A stretch of 63,117 bases of DNA, filler included, from Collodictyon triciliatum (lineage: Eukaryota), in assembly GCA_043381765.1 (NCBI GenBank). It is 8 parts of 8 records of this genome, joined end to end, with 100 filler letters (N's around TTAATTAATTAA, not from the genome) between each part and the next. Parts side by side here need not be neighbours in the genome. Positions count along the whole stretch, not along the records: positions 49,271 to 56,137 come from JBHJMP010004192.1; positions 56,238 to 63,117 come from JBHJMP010004193.1; 6 more parts are not named here. One strand, given 5' to 3'. Under the pieces are notes generated by a model that was not told the origin of the DNA, did not search any database, and was given only the letters and a program-made list of their open reading frames with translations. Below, in pieces: positions 49,509 through 62,200 of the stretch. Both the position numbers and the translations under genes were made by a program. The first letter of the stretch is position 1, and every line of letters begins with the position of its first letter.

Positions 49509-49769
49509 AACGAAGGTCTTGTTGGGTTCTACCGCGGCTTTGGTCCCCGTATTCTTCGCCGTGCTTTGCAATCCTCCATTCTCTGGTACCTTTCTTCACC
49601 CCAATCCACGACTCACGTGACCAACCCTGCAAACAATTAGATGATACCAGCAATCCATAGCCAAGGTTCCTGTAATCAGAGCACTTTGCTTACATCGGAG
49701 TATTTTCCATCGTTTAGGACCGTCTACGAAGAAGGGGCAAAATTATTTAAGAAACTCTCTGGTTCGTAA
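49509..49769 (+). CDS. SLC25A38: 3' end (two exons) of a mitochondrial carrier, SLC25A38/Hem25 glycine-carrier-like
   Basis: Exons 49509-49585 and 49718-49769 give NEGLVGFYRGFGPRILRRALQSSILWTVYEEGAKLFKKLSGS*. This has the carrier EG..GFYRG..PR motif and the RR.L.....WTVYEE ending characteristic of SLC25A38. Confidence 0.7.
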
Positions 49770-50371
49770 ATAAACAAAGTTGATGAAACAAGGAAAAGAT
49801 TTTTTTTAAAAAAAAAAAATAGTGGGGACTGTCACACAAAAGAATCAATACAATACCATTCCAGAGGCCGTCAACAACCTAGATGAGCCTTATGTTCCTG
49901 TCTTCTTTTGTTTCTCACGCAAAATCCAGAACCGAAGCAACAGGCAATTCAAAAAGTGGCAAAATAATATATATAGCCATATGCCCAGAGGGCAATTACA
50001 GCAGAAGCTCAAAGGAGTCCATCAACTGGCGCAGTAGAACGAGGACACACACATATACCACAAAAGCTAAGGTTTCAACGATGTCATAATGATAGTCAAC
50101 GTTTATCAACGACCACGACTGTCTTTGCAAGTGCGTGGATAGTGCGTGTAAGAAGCACAGCAGGAATAGGTTAGTGGGGGGGACTGGATGAGAAAGAGAA
50201 GTAGAAGAAAAATAATAGAGTATCAGAATGAACGAGAAGGAGAAGGAAAAGGAAAAGGAAGAGCAAACAGTAAGAGTAAGAGGACTAATATCCTCCTTCC
50301 CTCCAGCTCTTTTAGTTTTTTTTTCTCATGCCCCATCAAGCGCAGGCATCGCAGCATCAATCGCGGGCCCC

Positions 50372-50998
50372 TCAGACAGGATTCTTCTTTGGGCGGCCAC
50401 GCGGTTTGGCCACGGCGGATCGGGCCACGGCAGACGCGGCAGCCTTCGGGGGGCGACCGCGCCGCTTGGGCTCCGACGGGGGCCGCGCCGCACGTGCCGC
50501 GCTCCTCTCGGAGGGGTTCTTTGGGGGGCGGCCGCGTGGCTTGGGGCCTGCCGACGCGGCTTTTGCGCCGAGGCGGGGCTTGCCGTCGGGCCCGATGACC
50601 ACCTTGGGCGGACGACCGCGCCGCTTGGGCACGCCACTCGGGGGTTTGGCCGGGCCGGTGGGCGGGCGGCCCTTGCGCTTGGGGGTGCCGTCGGGGGTCT
50701 GGGCGTCCCTCGGGGCGGGCTTTGCGCCGATGAGGGCGGCGTTGGGGCCGGGGCGGAAGGCGCCGCGGTTGAGGATGTAGAAGCCTTGGTCCAGGCCCTT
50801 CTGCAGCGACCGCGAGAAGAAGCTGTCGAAGCGGTCTGTGATCGGGTACTTTGTGAGGATGGACTTTGAGATGGCGTCGCGGGTGGACCCGTCCTTGTCG
50901 TCCAGCGTCCGGAGGGCCTCTGCGATCATCTCGTAGTACGTCGGGTGCGGCACCTTGGCTTTGGCCCGCTGCGCTGCGCTGGTCGGCTTGCGTCCCAT
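50372..50998 (-). CDS. Linker histone H1/H5 globular domain plus five AT-hooks (GH1-HMGA / HMG-I/Y-like), single exon
   Basis: HPTYYEMIAEALRTLDDKDGSTRDAISKSILTKY...GFYILNRGAFR (GH1 winged helix), then KRKGRPP, KRRGRPPK, KPRGRPPK, KRRGRPPK and KPRGRPKK. Confidence 0.92.
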   Translation of the reverse strand: MGRKPTSAAQRAKAKVPHPTYYEMIAEALRTLDDKDGSTRDAISKSILTKYPITDRFDSFFSRSLQKGLDQGFYILNRGAFRPGPNAALIGAKPAPRDAQTPDGTPKRKGRPPTGPAKPPSGVPKRRGRPPKVVIGPDGKPRLGAKAASAGPKPRGRPPKNPSERSAARAARPPSEPKRRGRPPKAAASAVARSAVAKPRGRPKKNPV

Positions 50999-51042
50999 GG
51001 CTTCGAGTGCGGTCGGTCTGTGTCTCTGTCTGTGTCTCTGTC

Positions 51043-51151
51043 TGCTTCTTGCTTCTTGCTTCTTGCTTCTTGCTTCTTGCTTCTTGCTTCTTGCTTCTTG
51101 CTTCTTGCTTCTTGCTTCTTGCTTCTTGCTTCTTGCTTCTTGCTTCTTGCT
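51043..51151. repeat. (GCTTCTT)n 7-mer repeat upstream of the GH1-HMGA start
   Basis: Read directly. Confidence 0.9.
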
Positions 51152-51343
51152 GCTGGTATTGTGGCTGTCCCTGCTGGCCTCTGGTGGTTTGTGTTTGGGA
51201 TCAGTTGAGACGTGCTCCTAGTTTTGCGACGTTTAATTCTTTTGTTTTGTTTATTTCATTATTTTTTTTTTTACATCTAATCCGTTCATTATGTTGGATA
51301 AAGGCAGGCTCAATCTGTTCTAATGAATATTTCATCAATTTTC

Positions 51344-51612
51344 GCTCTGTTTTTTGACGATTTTTGACATGGGTTTTGGTTTTGGTTTTGGTTTTGGTTT
51401 TGGTTTTGGTTTTGGTTTTGGTTTTGGTTTTGGCTCTGTTTTTTAACGATTTTTGACATGGTTTTGGTTTTGGTTTTGGTTTTGGTTTTGGTTTTGGTTT
51501 TGGTTTTGGTTTTGGTTTTGGTTTTGGTTTTGGTTTTGGTTTTGGTTTTTGGTTTTGGTTTTGGTTTTTGGTTTTGGTTTTTGGTTTTGGTTTTTTGTTT
51601 TGGTCTTGGTTC
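51344..51612. repeat. Compound repeat: two copies of GCTCTGTTTTTT(G/A)ACGATTTTTGACATGG, each followed by (TTTTGG)n
   Basis: Copies begin at about 51344 and 51433. Confidence 0.85.
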
Positions 51613-53206
51613 TTCCTGGTGATCGGCGTGTATTACCAACAGTTTAAGTGTCGTATGCGCCCCCGTCGTGATTAGTGGAAGATAGGGCGCCGTTGGAGGA
51701 TCAGCACTTAAACAAAACCAGGCAAGAAAAAAATACACCTATAATTAGGAATGTTCGAAAAGAAACACAAGTTTGAGAAAACAGAGAAATTTCTTTAAGT
51801 AGATAAATTTCAATAATGTACAAATTTGGAATTTATATTATATATTTTTAATTCTATTATATATATATTTTAATATGATTTAATTATTCCAATATTATAA
51901 TAAAATTGGTTATATTGTAGAAACCATTACAACTTATAATCTGGAATTAATGATATATTAAAAATTAAGTCTATAAATCATTTATTATTGACCGATAATA
52001 CTTCAAGTTCCTAATCACATATTAATTGAGATAGAAGAAACAGCCGAATTAAAGTGCCCTTTGTGGTGAAAGGGCTCTGGAATTTTGGTTGCATAATCAG
52101 ATAATTTCTTAGAAAGCCAGTTGAAATCATCCCAATTTTGTCTTCATTTAAAAAAATCAAATGAATTCAGCCTTTTTCGGATTGGATAGCTTTTGATAAG
52201 GTACCAAAAAGTATAAATCGTTATAACGGACGGGCCCCACACCAGCGAATCAGGAACCGTTACTTGGCTTTGAGGAAAAAACAAGCAAAGCAGCGCTTTT
52301 TGAATTCTCAGAAATTCCCATAAGGGGGTAATTTCTCAGAAACCAGTCCTTCATGGCGCGTGGCGCATGCGCGTTTCTCTCATAAACCGTGTGGGTCATG
52401 ATAACGGATTTTGAGAATCTCGCGATTCCCGTCGAATTTTTCTTCCCTTTTCGAAATTCAAAAGCGACACTATTCTTTTTGTGTCCCGAGCTTCATCCGA
52501 AAAATACAAGTGTGTCATTAAAAAAATAAATATAAAAGTAAAAAAAAAAAAATTTAAGAGAGCGCAAACAAGGGGCTATAAATAAAATGACTCACTTTCG
52601 CAACACTTTTGTTATAAAATTCAAAGTAAAGGAGAACGTCCCTGTTTTCTCTCACGAGAATTTTGCTGGAGAACCGCAAGTCCAGCCAAGGCAAGAGACA
52701 ACTCGAGGCGCAATAAGTGTCAAGTCGAGCGGCCAATGGCTGGTCAAAAAATAAATACAGCAAATTAAAAAAAAAAAACACTTCTGCCAACTTCTCGCTT
52801 GTCCACACTCTTTGGTGCTGTGAAAACGCTGGGACACATAATAGCGAATCAAAATACCCAACACTCAAAACGACTGACTTCTACAACAACAGCCTCAGAA
52901 CAAAGCAACCTCACTTCTCCTTCTGTCGCAATAGATTCTCTTTGCTGTCCCAAAAACCTCCCCAAAAATCCACACAAAAAAATACTTGAATTCCTGAAAA
53001 CTGCTTGTAACAAAAAAAAAAAAAAAGGAAAGAAAACTTTTTCTAAACGCAGCTCAACATACGGCGTTTAGAGAAAGAACAAAAAGAAAAGAGAACGAAG
53101 ACGCCGCACTCCTGCCGGTCAAGTCAATCAAGGAAACAAAGCAACCAAAGAAGGGAATCCACGCAAGCAATCGCCTTGTAACCAGAAAGAAGATATCAAA
53201 GCAACC

Positions 53207-56096
53207 ATGGAGGTGGTGCCGTACAACAAGACGCCCGGCAAAGGAAAGAACGATGTTACAGACATGGATGAGGCAAAGCTTCTTCGCATGTCTCTGTCGT
53301 CCACCGCAAGCGCCGGACTTATGGACATCGGTGACCTGTCAAATGTCTGGAACCGCAAGGACAACGTCGAAGACATGGACGCAAACATCGCAAAAGAAGT
53401 GGAGGCAAAGTATGCCATGGGTCGCTTCATGGTTTTTCTGGTAAGTTTGGGTTCTCCTTGCCAACATTCTTTCACTCGTCTATTTTTTCTTCTCTACATA
53501 ACATCCTCCTTTTCTATTTCTTCTCCACTTCTCTGTATTTTCTTTCTTCTCCCCTTCTCTCTCTCTCTCCACGCCTTGGGGATGGACTGGGGAACAACGC
53601 TTGTGTTGATGTTGTTGTCGAAGGGATTGGGGATCAGACTATCCGTGGTTGATGATACTATATCCGAAATTCCGCATATAGAAATGAGCGATCACCCAGC
53701 CACCAACGGCAAATTTCTGCCTATTCATCGAGTCACCCACAATTTCCCCTCTTTGATTATTATTAAACGTGCCAATTCAAAATTTAAATCTAAAAGAAAA
53801 AAAACAACATACCTCGCCTATGCCATAGGATGAAAATCTAGAGGACGAGTTTATTCAAAAATTTTTCTACTCTGCCTTGAAGACGCATCAACTCTTCACA
53901 AAGATTGTGTCTGGACTTCTAGTTGCTTTCATCGCGCTTTATGTAATGAGAAAGGCGAACATGGGGATTCCTGCAACATACGCAGTCATGTCCCTTGTTT
54001 CGCTGGGTGTTTTTTTCTTCAGTAAAACAAAGTAAGTAACCTAGTAACTATACGAGAAGATAATATTACTCATTCATTAAAGTTGGATACTTTATTAGTT
54101 TGATGAACGATTGATGTTCGAATACACTGGCAAGAAATAAAACAAAAACAATCTATTTCGCCAATAGGAACTTTCACCACTATCATATGGTCACTATCAT
54201 CAGTCTTGTCTTTTTCGAAATGACGGGATTGGGAATAGTCCGATACTTTACTGACTTTGACGAAGATGAGCCGTTTATGTTGACTATATCCGATGCGCGT
54301 TACCTAAATGTCGTCTATCTCATGGGACAATACACAGCATTTATGGCTATGAGAGTTCCATTCAAGGTAACTGTGATCAAAGATCCACCTAGCTCTCAAC
54401 AATTTTCAAATACTACATCCTAATCATGTATGGAAGCACAACCATGATTTACGCTCGATTGCTATATTAATCAATAAAACATCTCGTACAATATTATATT
54501 TTAGTACTCTATCAAATTGGCCATCGCAATCGACATTGTATACTTCATTGTCATCGGCTTTTTCCCTGGAATTGGCTACATAGATTATATCGAGAACTTC
54601 ATCTTCCTCCTAATTGCATCAGTTCCAATGGCAACTACAAGTTATTACAGTGAGCTCGGAAACAGATACCAAGAGGTTTGCTCTAGTTTTTTTTTTGTTT
54701 GTTTGTAGAAATATACTGATTATATCATCTACTTTGTCCTTAACAGAGTAAACTGATTCTATATTAGAAACCATGAATTCAACCTTTTGTTTACAGATTC
54801 GCCGCGCTGGAATTTTGAGGCATACAGAAGAAGTAGCAAAAGAAAAAATCATCACGGTAAACATTCAGTTCCAAGGCAAATAGAATTTTTTAACTATTAC
54901 TAAAGCACACAAATCAGTTTTTAAACTATTCTGCAATCAAATTCTACAGGAGAAGCTTCTGTTGAACATCCTACCAAACAAGATTGCCCGCCGCCTCATG
55001 GATGGAGAAGAGGTTTGGTTATATCTACTTCTTTCTTTCAAATGTGCCGCCATTGACTCATCTGTATCTTTACCTTTATTCGCGAAATTCATCTTGCATA
55101 TATTTCACTCATAATACTAGTGACGTGGAGATTCTCCTCAATTATTTTTGACCTATTTTACCTCGCCATATCTTTCACTTTCCTTCTACGCCTCACAACC
55201 CCAGACTAATTAAACTCATATGTGACGAATATATTTGTGTCTCAATATCTTGTGGTATTGAATCAAACTACGCTCCTTTTTTTCTTAAATATATATGGAA
55301 CATTACAATATGTGAGAAAATTACTGAAATACAATTTTTTTTCTCATTAGGTGATTTCTGATGGATATAATCATGTGACCGTGCTTTTCGCTGACTTGGT
55401 CGGGTGGACCGAAATTTCTCGTTCGATGAACCCAACTGAAGCGATTGCTCTGTTAAGCGAAATTGTTGGAACGTTTGACCGCCTTACCCACATGTACAAA
55501 ATCGAAAAAATCAAGACAATTGGAGATGGTACGAACCCAATCTAAAACTATGTCATTTTTGGTTTGTTTTGCTTGTTTTGACCCTGAATATTAGATTTTC
55601 AGGGAAATCTATCCAATATAAACCTCATAACAATACATTCTCTTCACATAGGCTATCTAGTTGGGTGTGGTCTACCAGAGCCAATGAGTGCGCTGTCCAG
55701 TGCCAATAAAGTAGCATGTTTTGCCTTGGACATGATTCGTGCAGTGAGCTTTTTTCTTCTTCTTCCCAATAGTTTAATTTAGGAATCCCATTATACTCAA
55801 TACGATAAGTTGGGATGATCTCGTCTGAGAAATATTGATGGTGATTAGGTCGAGGGTCTCTCCATGATGAAGCGCCGTCCTATTCAACTGACGCTTGGAA
55901 TTCACACGGGTCCGGTTGTAGCTGGTGTGATTGGTACGAAGTCAGCAGAGTCTCGATCTTTTGCATCTTACAATTTCATGATACTATTGATGGTATGTAA
56001 TTCACCATATGGCAAACAATTGCGTAATCCAAAGTTATTGAATTCTAGGCAAAACAAAGTTCCTGTACGACCTATGGGGAGATTCCGTCAATACAG
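53207..56096 (+). CDS. Membrane-bound class III adenylyl cyclase (multi-TM N-terminus plus cyclase domain), 3' partial
   Basis: TM exons at 53830-54675, then EKLLLNILP, VTVLFADLVGWT, EKIKTIGDGY and [28 protein letters not shown]. Both metal-binding Asp residues are present. The Lys (KIKT) and Asp (YDLW) specificity residues indicate ATP rather than GTP. Confidence 0.92.
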
Positions 56097-56137
56097 GTGT
56101 GATTTTTTTTTTTTTTTTTTTAAAAAACCCCCTTCTG

Positions 56138-56237
56138 NNNNNNNNNNNNNNNNNNNNNNNNNNNNNNNNNNNNNNNNNNNNTTAATTAATTAANNNNNNN
56201 NNNNNNNNNNNNNNNNNNNNNNNNNNNNNNNNNNNNN
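56138..56237. other. Artificial contig spacer
   Basis: 44 N + TTAATTAATTAA + 44 N. Confidence 0.97.
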
Positions 56238-56255
56238 AGAAATTTGAAGCAAATT

Positions 56256-59200
56256 TTAAAGAGATGTTGTAGCATCATTGAAATCCTTCATTTCCTGTTC
56301 TTCTCTGGTAATAATCCATTTGTTTTTCATGTAAGTGATGGCGGACGATTTCATCACGAATTTGTAAATTGGCTCTACAAATCTCTCTATTTTTACCAAG
56401 AAAGACATAAACAAAGCAGGCCCAGCTTTCATTAAAGAGACAGCTGCAATCATTCCGTTCAACAATACAACCAGTGCCACAAGAACATATTCGGAAAATA
56501 TACTAAGGTCTGTATATCTGAAGAGTAGACTTGTCATCAAGGTAAAATAAAGGACTGAAATTGAGTAAAGCTGTGACTTCCTGAGCACGTTGGACATGAA
56601 TGGCTTGAAATAAAAGGATGATGCAATCGTCAATAAAAGTAACCATAAGCCAAAGTAAATTTGCAAGGCTGATGAAAAGAAAATACTTATCAAAACGACA
56701 AGCAGTTTTTGCATCATAGTCACGATTTCCCAGTAATAGCATTCTTCAGTATATCCATCAACCAAAAATCGGAGTAAGTTGTAAGTATTTGATGTCGGAT
56801 TAATCAATGATGACCTTTTGTAGAGCATGTATGCTGCTAGAATAAACGGGCCTCCAAAACAATACAGAATCACATAAACAAGAGCGATGTTTTTCCAAGC
56901 CATATATATTGCATCATCGCAAATTATTGACATGTCAGCCTTCAAGTATCTTTCATCACCAAACCTCTCGCAACGGAATATGTTTGATATTGACGACATA
57001 ATCGTGGGATGAACAAAAAATAGCATAACCAGCATCGAAAAAATAAACTCTTGATTAATTTTGAAGAATGTGACATCCCTGCTATTAATTTGATTGGTTC
57101 TTAGTTTCCACGTCATCTTGGCTGTAACTATAAAAAGAACAACCACTATCAATATCAAAGGGGTTATCATCGAAAAAAGAACTTTATCATAGATTGTCAT
57201 TTCGAATCTACATTCAATTGGATATGTGTCTATTGATAACGAAAATGAAAAGAGAGCTGGTATTTTCATTATGGAGAATATGGTGGAGCTCCAATTCACA
57301 TCAAAGTTCGCCAGATATGACAAAACTTGGAAATGAGATGAAAGAGTTTTTAGAATCTGTATTTTTGCCGTCTTTGGTTGTCTTGATTGCTCTATCATGA
57401 AAAAAACAAACAGCAGAGGTACTGCAATGCTGAGGAATACTAAAAACCCGCTCGTTCTTCGGTTGGGGCATTTAGTGCAATAGACACCAGTCTTACCAAA
57501 ACCCTTTTCACAAACACTGCATAAAGCTCCAGTGTATCCATCGGTGCATGTCTTATTTCCTCCATTGCAAGCATCTTCATTCAGACATTTGTAAGCTATG
57601 TATACTCCATTTGATGTTGGTGCTTGCCAATATCCAGGTGCAACACTCGGTTGACTGGTTCCATCACAAATAAATCCTGTTGGGCAAGACTTACACTGCT
57701 TGGTCTTTGAGTCGAGATATGAAGATGGAAGACATTTACACTCTGAAATAGATATTGATGCAGTCATATTTGTAAATGAATTTATTGGGCATTCTTTGCA
57801 AAATGTATGTCCAAAGTTTTCATTGTAGGTGCTTGGTGGACATTCGTAACAGTTCTTCCGCTTTTCATACCATCCAGGTTTGCATTCGCAAGTAGAGTTC
57901 CTGAGTTCAAAACCATAGCTGCAGACACAATCGGTTGAATTGATCGAGCCATTATTTTTTGTCGTAAACTTATCTCCGCATGAAAGGCAGAAATTCGTGT
58001 CATTTGTCGATTTGTACGAGCCAAGTCTGCACGGAACACATTTATTACCATCTTCGAATTGTCCTGGAGGGCATGTGCAAGCACCATTGAATGGTATATA
58101 GTAATCTATACATTTGCACTCATCGATTGATTTAGAACCTTTTGAGGTTGTCGTTGAGCGTGTAGGACATGAATTGCACAATGAGCTTCTCTCTGGGCTG
58201 TAGCTTCCATTTGGACATGAAATACACGATGATTGATTAAATGAGCCAGTTTTATCGTTGAATGTGCCAGCTGGACACGATGTGCATGATGCTTGACCAT
58301 CTCTATCATTCCAAGTACCTTGTTGACATTCAGTACATGATTCGTTTCTATATGAGCCAGAGTTTGAGTTGAATGTGCCTTTTGGACAAGCATAGCATGA
58401 TTGTGAGTCTTTTGTCACACCTTCTTTTTGATAGTATCCTGATGAGCATAAGCTGCACAATGAGCTTCTCTCTGGGCTGTAGCTTCCATTTGGACATGAA
58501 ATGCATGATGATTGATTAAATGAGCCAGTTTTATCGTTGAATGTGCCAGCTGGACACGATGAGCATGACGCTTGACCCTCTTTATCATTCCAAGTGCCTT
58601 GTGGACATTCGATGCACGATGTGTTTCCATATGAGCCGGATTTTGAGTTGAATGTGCCTCTTGGACAAGCATAGCATGATTGTGAGTCTTTCATCATTTC
58701 TTCTTTTTGATATAATCCTGATGAGCATAAGCTGCATGATCCACTTCTTTCTGAGCTGTAGCTTCCATTTAGACATGAAATGCATGATGACTCATCGAAT
58801 GAACCAGTTTTATCGTTGAATGTGCCAGCTGGACACGATGTGCATGATGCTTGACCATCTCTATCATTCCAAGTACCTTGTGGACATTCAATACATGATT
58901 TATTGCCATATGAACCGGAGTTTGAGTTGAATGTGCCTTTTGGACAAGCATAGCATGATTGTGAGTCTTTCATCATTTCTTCTTTTTGATATAATCCTGA
59001 TGAGCATAAGTTGCATGATGCGCTTCTCTCTGAGCTGTAGCTTCCATCTGAACATGAAATGCATGATGATTGTTTGTATGAGCCAGTTATATTGTTGAAT
59101 GTACCAGATGGACATGATGAGCATGACGCTTGACCCTCTTTATCATTCCAAGTGCCTTGTGGACATTCGATGCACGATGTGTTTCCATATGAGCCGGAGT

Positions 59201-62200
59201 TTGAGTTGAATGTGCCTTTTGGACAAGCATCGCATGAATTTGAGTCTTTTATAATGTCTTCTTGTTGATAGAATCCTGATGAACATAAGCTGCATGATGA
59301 GCTTCCAGATAAGCTATAGCTTCCATTTGGACATGAGATGCATGATGATTGGTTGAATGCCCCAGTTTTGTTGTTGAATGTACCAGATGGACATGATGAG
59401 CATGACGCTTGACCCTCTTTATCATTCCAAGTACCTTGTGGACATTCGATGCATGATATGTTTCCATATGAGCCGGATTTTGAGTTGAATGTGCCTTTTG
59501 GACAAGCATCGCATGAATTTGAGTCTTTTATAATGTCTTCTTGTTGATAGAATCCTGATGAACATAAGCTGCATGAAGAGCTTCCAGATAAGCTATAGCT
59601 TCCATTTGAACATGAAATACATGATGATTGATTGAATGAGCCAACTTCATCGTTGAATGTACCAACTGGACATGATGTGCATGACGCTTGACCCTCTTTA
59701 TCATTCCAAGTACCTTGTGGACATTCGATACATGATTTATTTCCATATGAGCCGGAGTATGAGTTGAATGTGCCTTTTGAACAAGCATCGCATGAGCTTG
59801 AGTCTTTATTGATTCCTTCTTTTTGATAGAATCCTGATAAGCATAAGATACATGATGCGCTTCTTTCTGAGCTGTATCTTCCATTTGGACATGAAACACA
59901 TGAATAATGGTTAAATGAGCCAGTTTTATTATTGAATGTACCAGCTGGACATGATGTGCATGATGCTTGACCATCTCTATCATTCCAAGTACCTTGTGGA
60001 CATTCGATACATGATTTGTCTCCATATGAGCCGGAGTTTGAGTTGAACGTACCTTTTGGACAAGCATAGCATGATTGTGAGTCTTTTTTAATTCCTTCCT
60101 TTTGATATAATCCAGATAAGCACAGACTACATGATGCGCTTCTCTCGGAGCTGTAGCTTCCATCTGGACATGAAATACATGATGATTGATTGTATGAACC
60201 AGTTTGATTGTTGAATGTACCAGCTGGACACGATTTGCATGATGCTTGACCATCTCTATCATTCCAAGTACCTTGTGGACATTCGATGCATGATATGTTT
60301 CCATATGAGCCGAAGTTTGAGTTGAATGTGCCTTTTGGACAAGCATAGCATGATTCCGAGTTTTTTACGATGTTTTCTTTTTGATAATATCCTGATGAGC
60401 ATAAGATACATGATGCGCTTCTTTCTGAGCTGTAGCTCCCAATTGGACATGATATACATGATGATTTGTTGAATGAGCCAGTTCTGTTGTTCATTGTACC
60501 AGCTGGACACGATTTGCATGATGCTTGACCATCTCTATCATTCCAAGTACCTTGTTGACATTCGATACATGATTTGTTTCCATATGAGCCGGAGTTTGAG
60601 TTGAATGTGCCTTTTGGACAAGCATAGCATGATTGTGAGTCTTTTATGATTCCTTCTATTTGATGGAATCCTGGTAAGCATAAACTGCATGATGAGCTTC
60701 TTTCTGAGCTGTAGCTTCCATTTGGACATGAAATACATGATGATTGATTGTATGAACCAGTTTGATTGTTGAATGTACCAGCTGGACATGATGAGCATGA
60801 TGCTTGACCATCTCTATCATTCCAAGTACCTTGTGGACATTCGATACATGATTTGTTTCCATATGAGCCGGAGTTTGAGTTGAATGTGCCTTTTGGACAA
60901 GCATCGCATGATTTGGAGTCTTTTATCATTCCTTCTATTTGATAGAATCCTAATGGGCATAAGGTGCATGATTCACTGCCAGATGAACTGTAACTTCCAT
61001 TTGGACATGAAATGCATAGTAATTGATTCAATGAGCCAGTTTTATTGTTGAATGTACCAGCTGGACATGATGTACATGACGCTTGACCATATCTATCATT
61101 CCAAGTACCCTGTGGACATTCGATACACGATTTGTTTCCATATGAGCCGGAGTTTGAGTTGAATGTGCCTCTTGGGCAAGCACCGCATGATTTCGAGTCT
61201 TTTATTATTTCTTCTTTTTGATAGAATCCTGATAAGCATAAGCTGCATGACGAACTTCTTTCTGAGCTGTAGCTTCCATTTGGACATGAAGTGCATAGTA
61301 ATTGATTCAATGAGCCAGTTTTATTGTTGAATGTACCATCTGGACATGATGTGCATGATGCTTGACCCTCTTTGTCATTCCAAGTACCTTGTGGACATTC
61401 GATACATGAATTGTTTCCATGAGAGCCAGAGTTTGAGTTAAATGTGCCTTTTGGACAAGCACCGCATGATTTTGAGTCTTTTATTATCTCTTCTTTTTGG
61501 TAGAATCCTGATAAGCATAAGCTGCATGATGCGCTTCTATCTGAGCTGTAGCTTCCATCCAGACATGAAGTACACGATAATTCATTATATGAGCCAGTTT
61601 TGTTATTGAATGTGCCAGCTGGGCATGATGTGCATGATGCTTGACCGTCTTTATCATTCCAAGTACCTTGTGGACATTCAGTACATGATTTGTTTCCATA
61701 TGAGCCGGAGTTTGAGTTGAATGTGCCTTTTGGACAAGCACCGCATGATTTTGAGTCTTTTATGATCTCTTCTTTTTGGTAGAATCCTGATAAACATAAG
61801 CTGCATGATGCGCTTCTATCTGAGCTGTAGCTTCCATCTGGGCATGAAATGCATGATAATTCATTATATGAGCCTGTTTTGTTATTGAATGTGCCAGCTG
61901 GGCATGATGTGCATAATGCTTGACCATTTCTATCATTCCAAGTGCCTTTTGGACATTCGATACATGATTTGTTTCCATATGAGCCGGAGTTTGGGTTGAA
62001 TGTGCCTTTTGGACAAGCATAGCATGATTCCGAGTCTTTTTCTATTCCCTCTTTTTGATAGAATCCTGATAAACATAAGCTGCAAGATGAGCTTCTTTCT
62101 GAGCTGTAGCTTCCATTTGGACATGAAATGCATGATGACTCATTGAATGAGCCAGTTTTGTTGTTGAATGTACCAGCTGGACATGATATGCATGATGCTT

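Noticed and set aside
50188-50869. Overlapping plus-strand ORFs opposite GH1-HMGA, and similar ones over the BTB gene
   Set aside because: Expected stop-poor shadows of GC-rich coding sequence.
51372-51612. (TTTTGG)n as a telomere or interstitial telomere
   Set aside because: Internal, interrupted and similar to the many other T-rich microsatellites here; not a telomere unit I can support.
54737-54744. TCCTTAAC, a perfect U12 branch motif, in a cyclase intron
   Set aside because: The donor is GTTTGC and the motif is more than 50 nt from the acceptor used.
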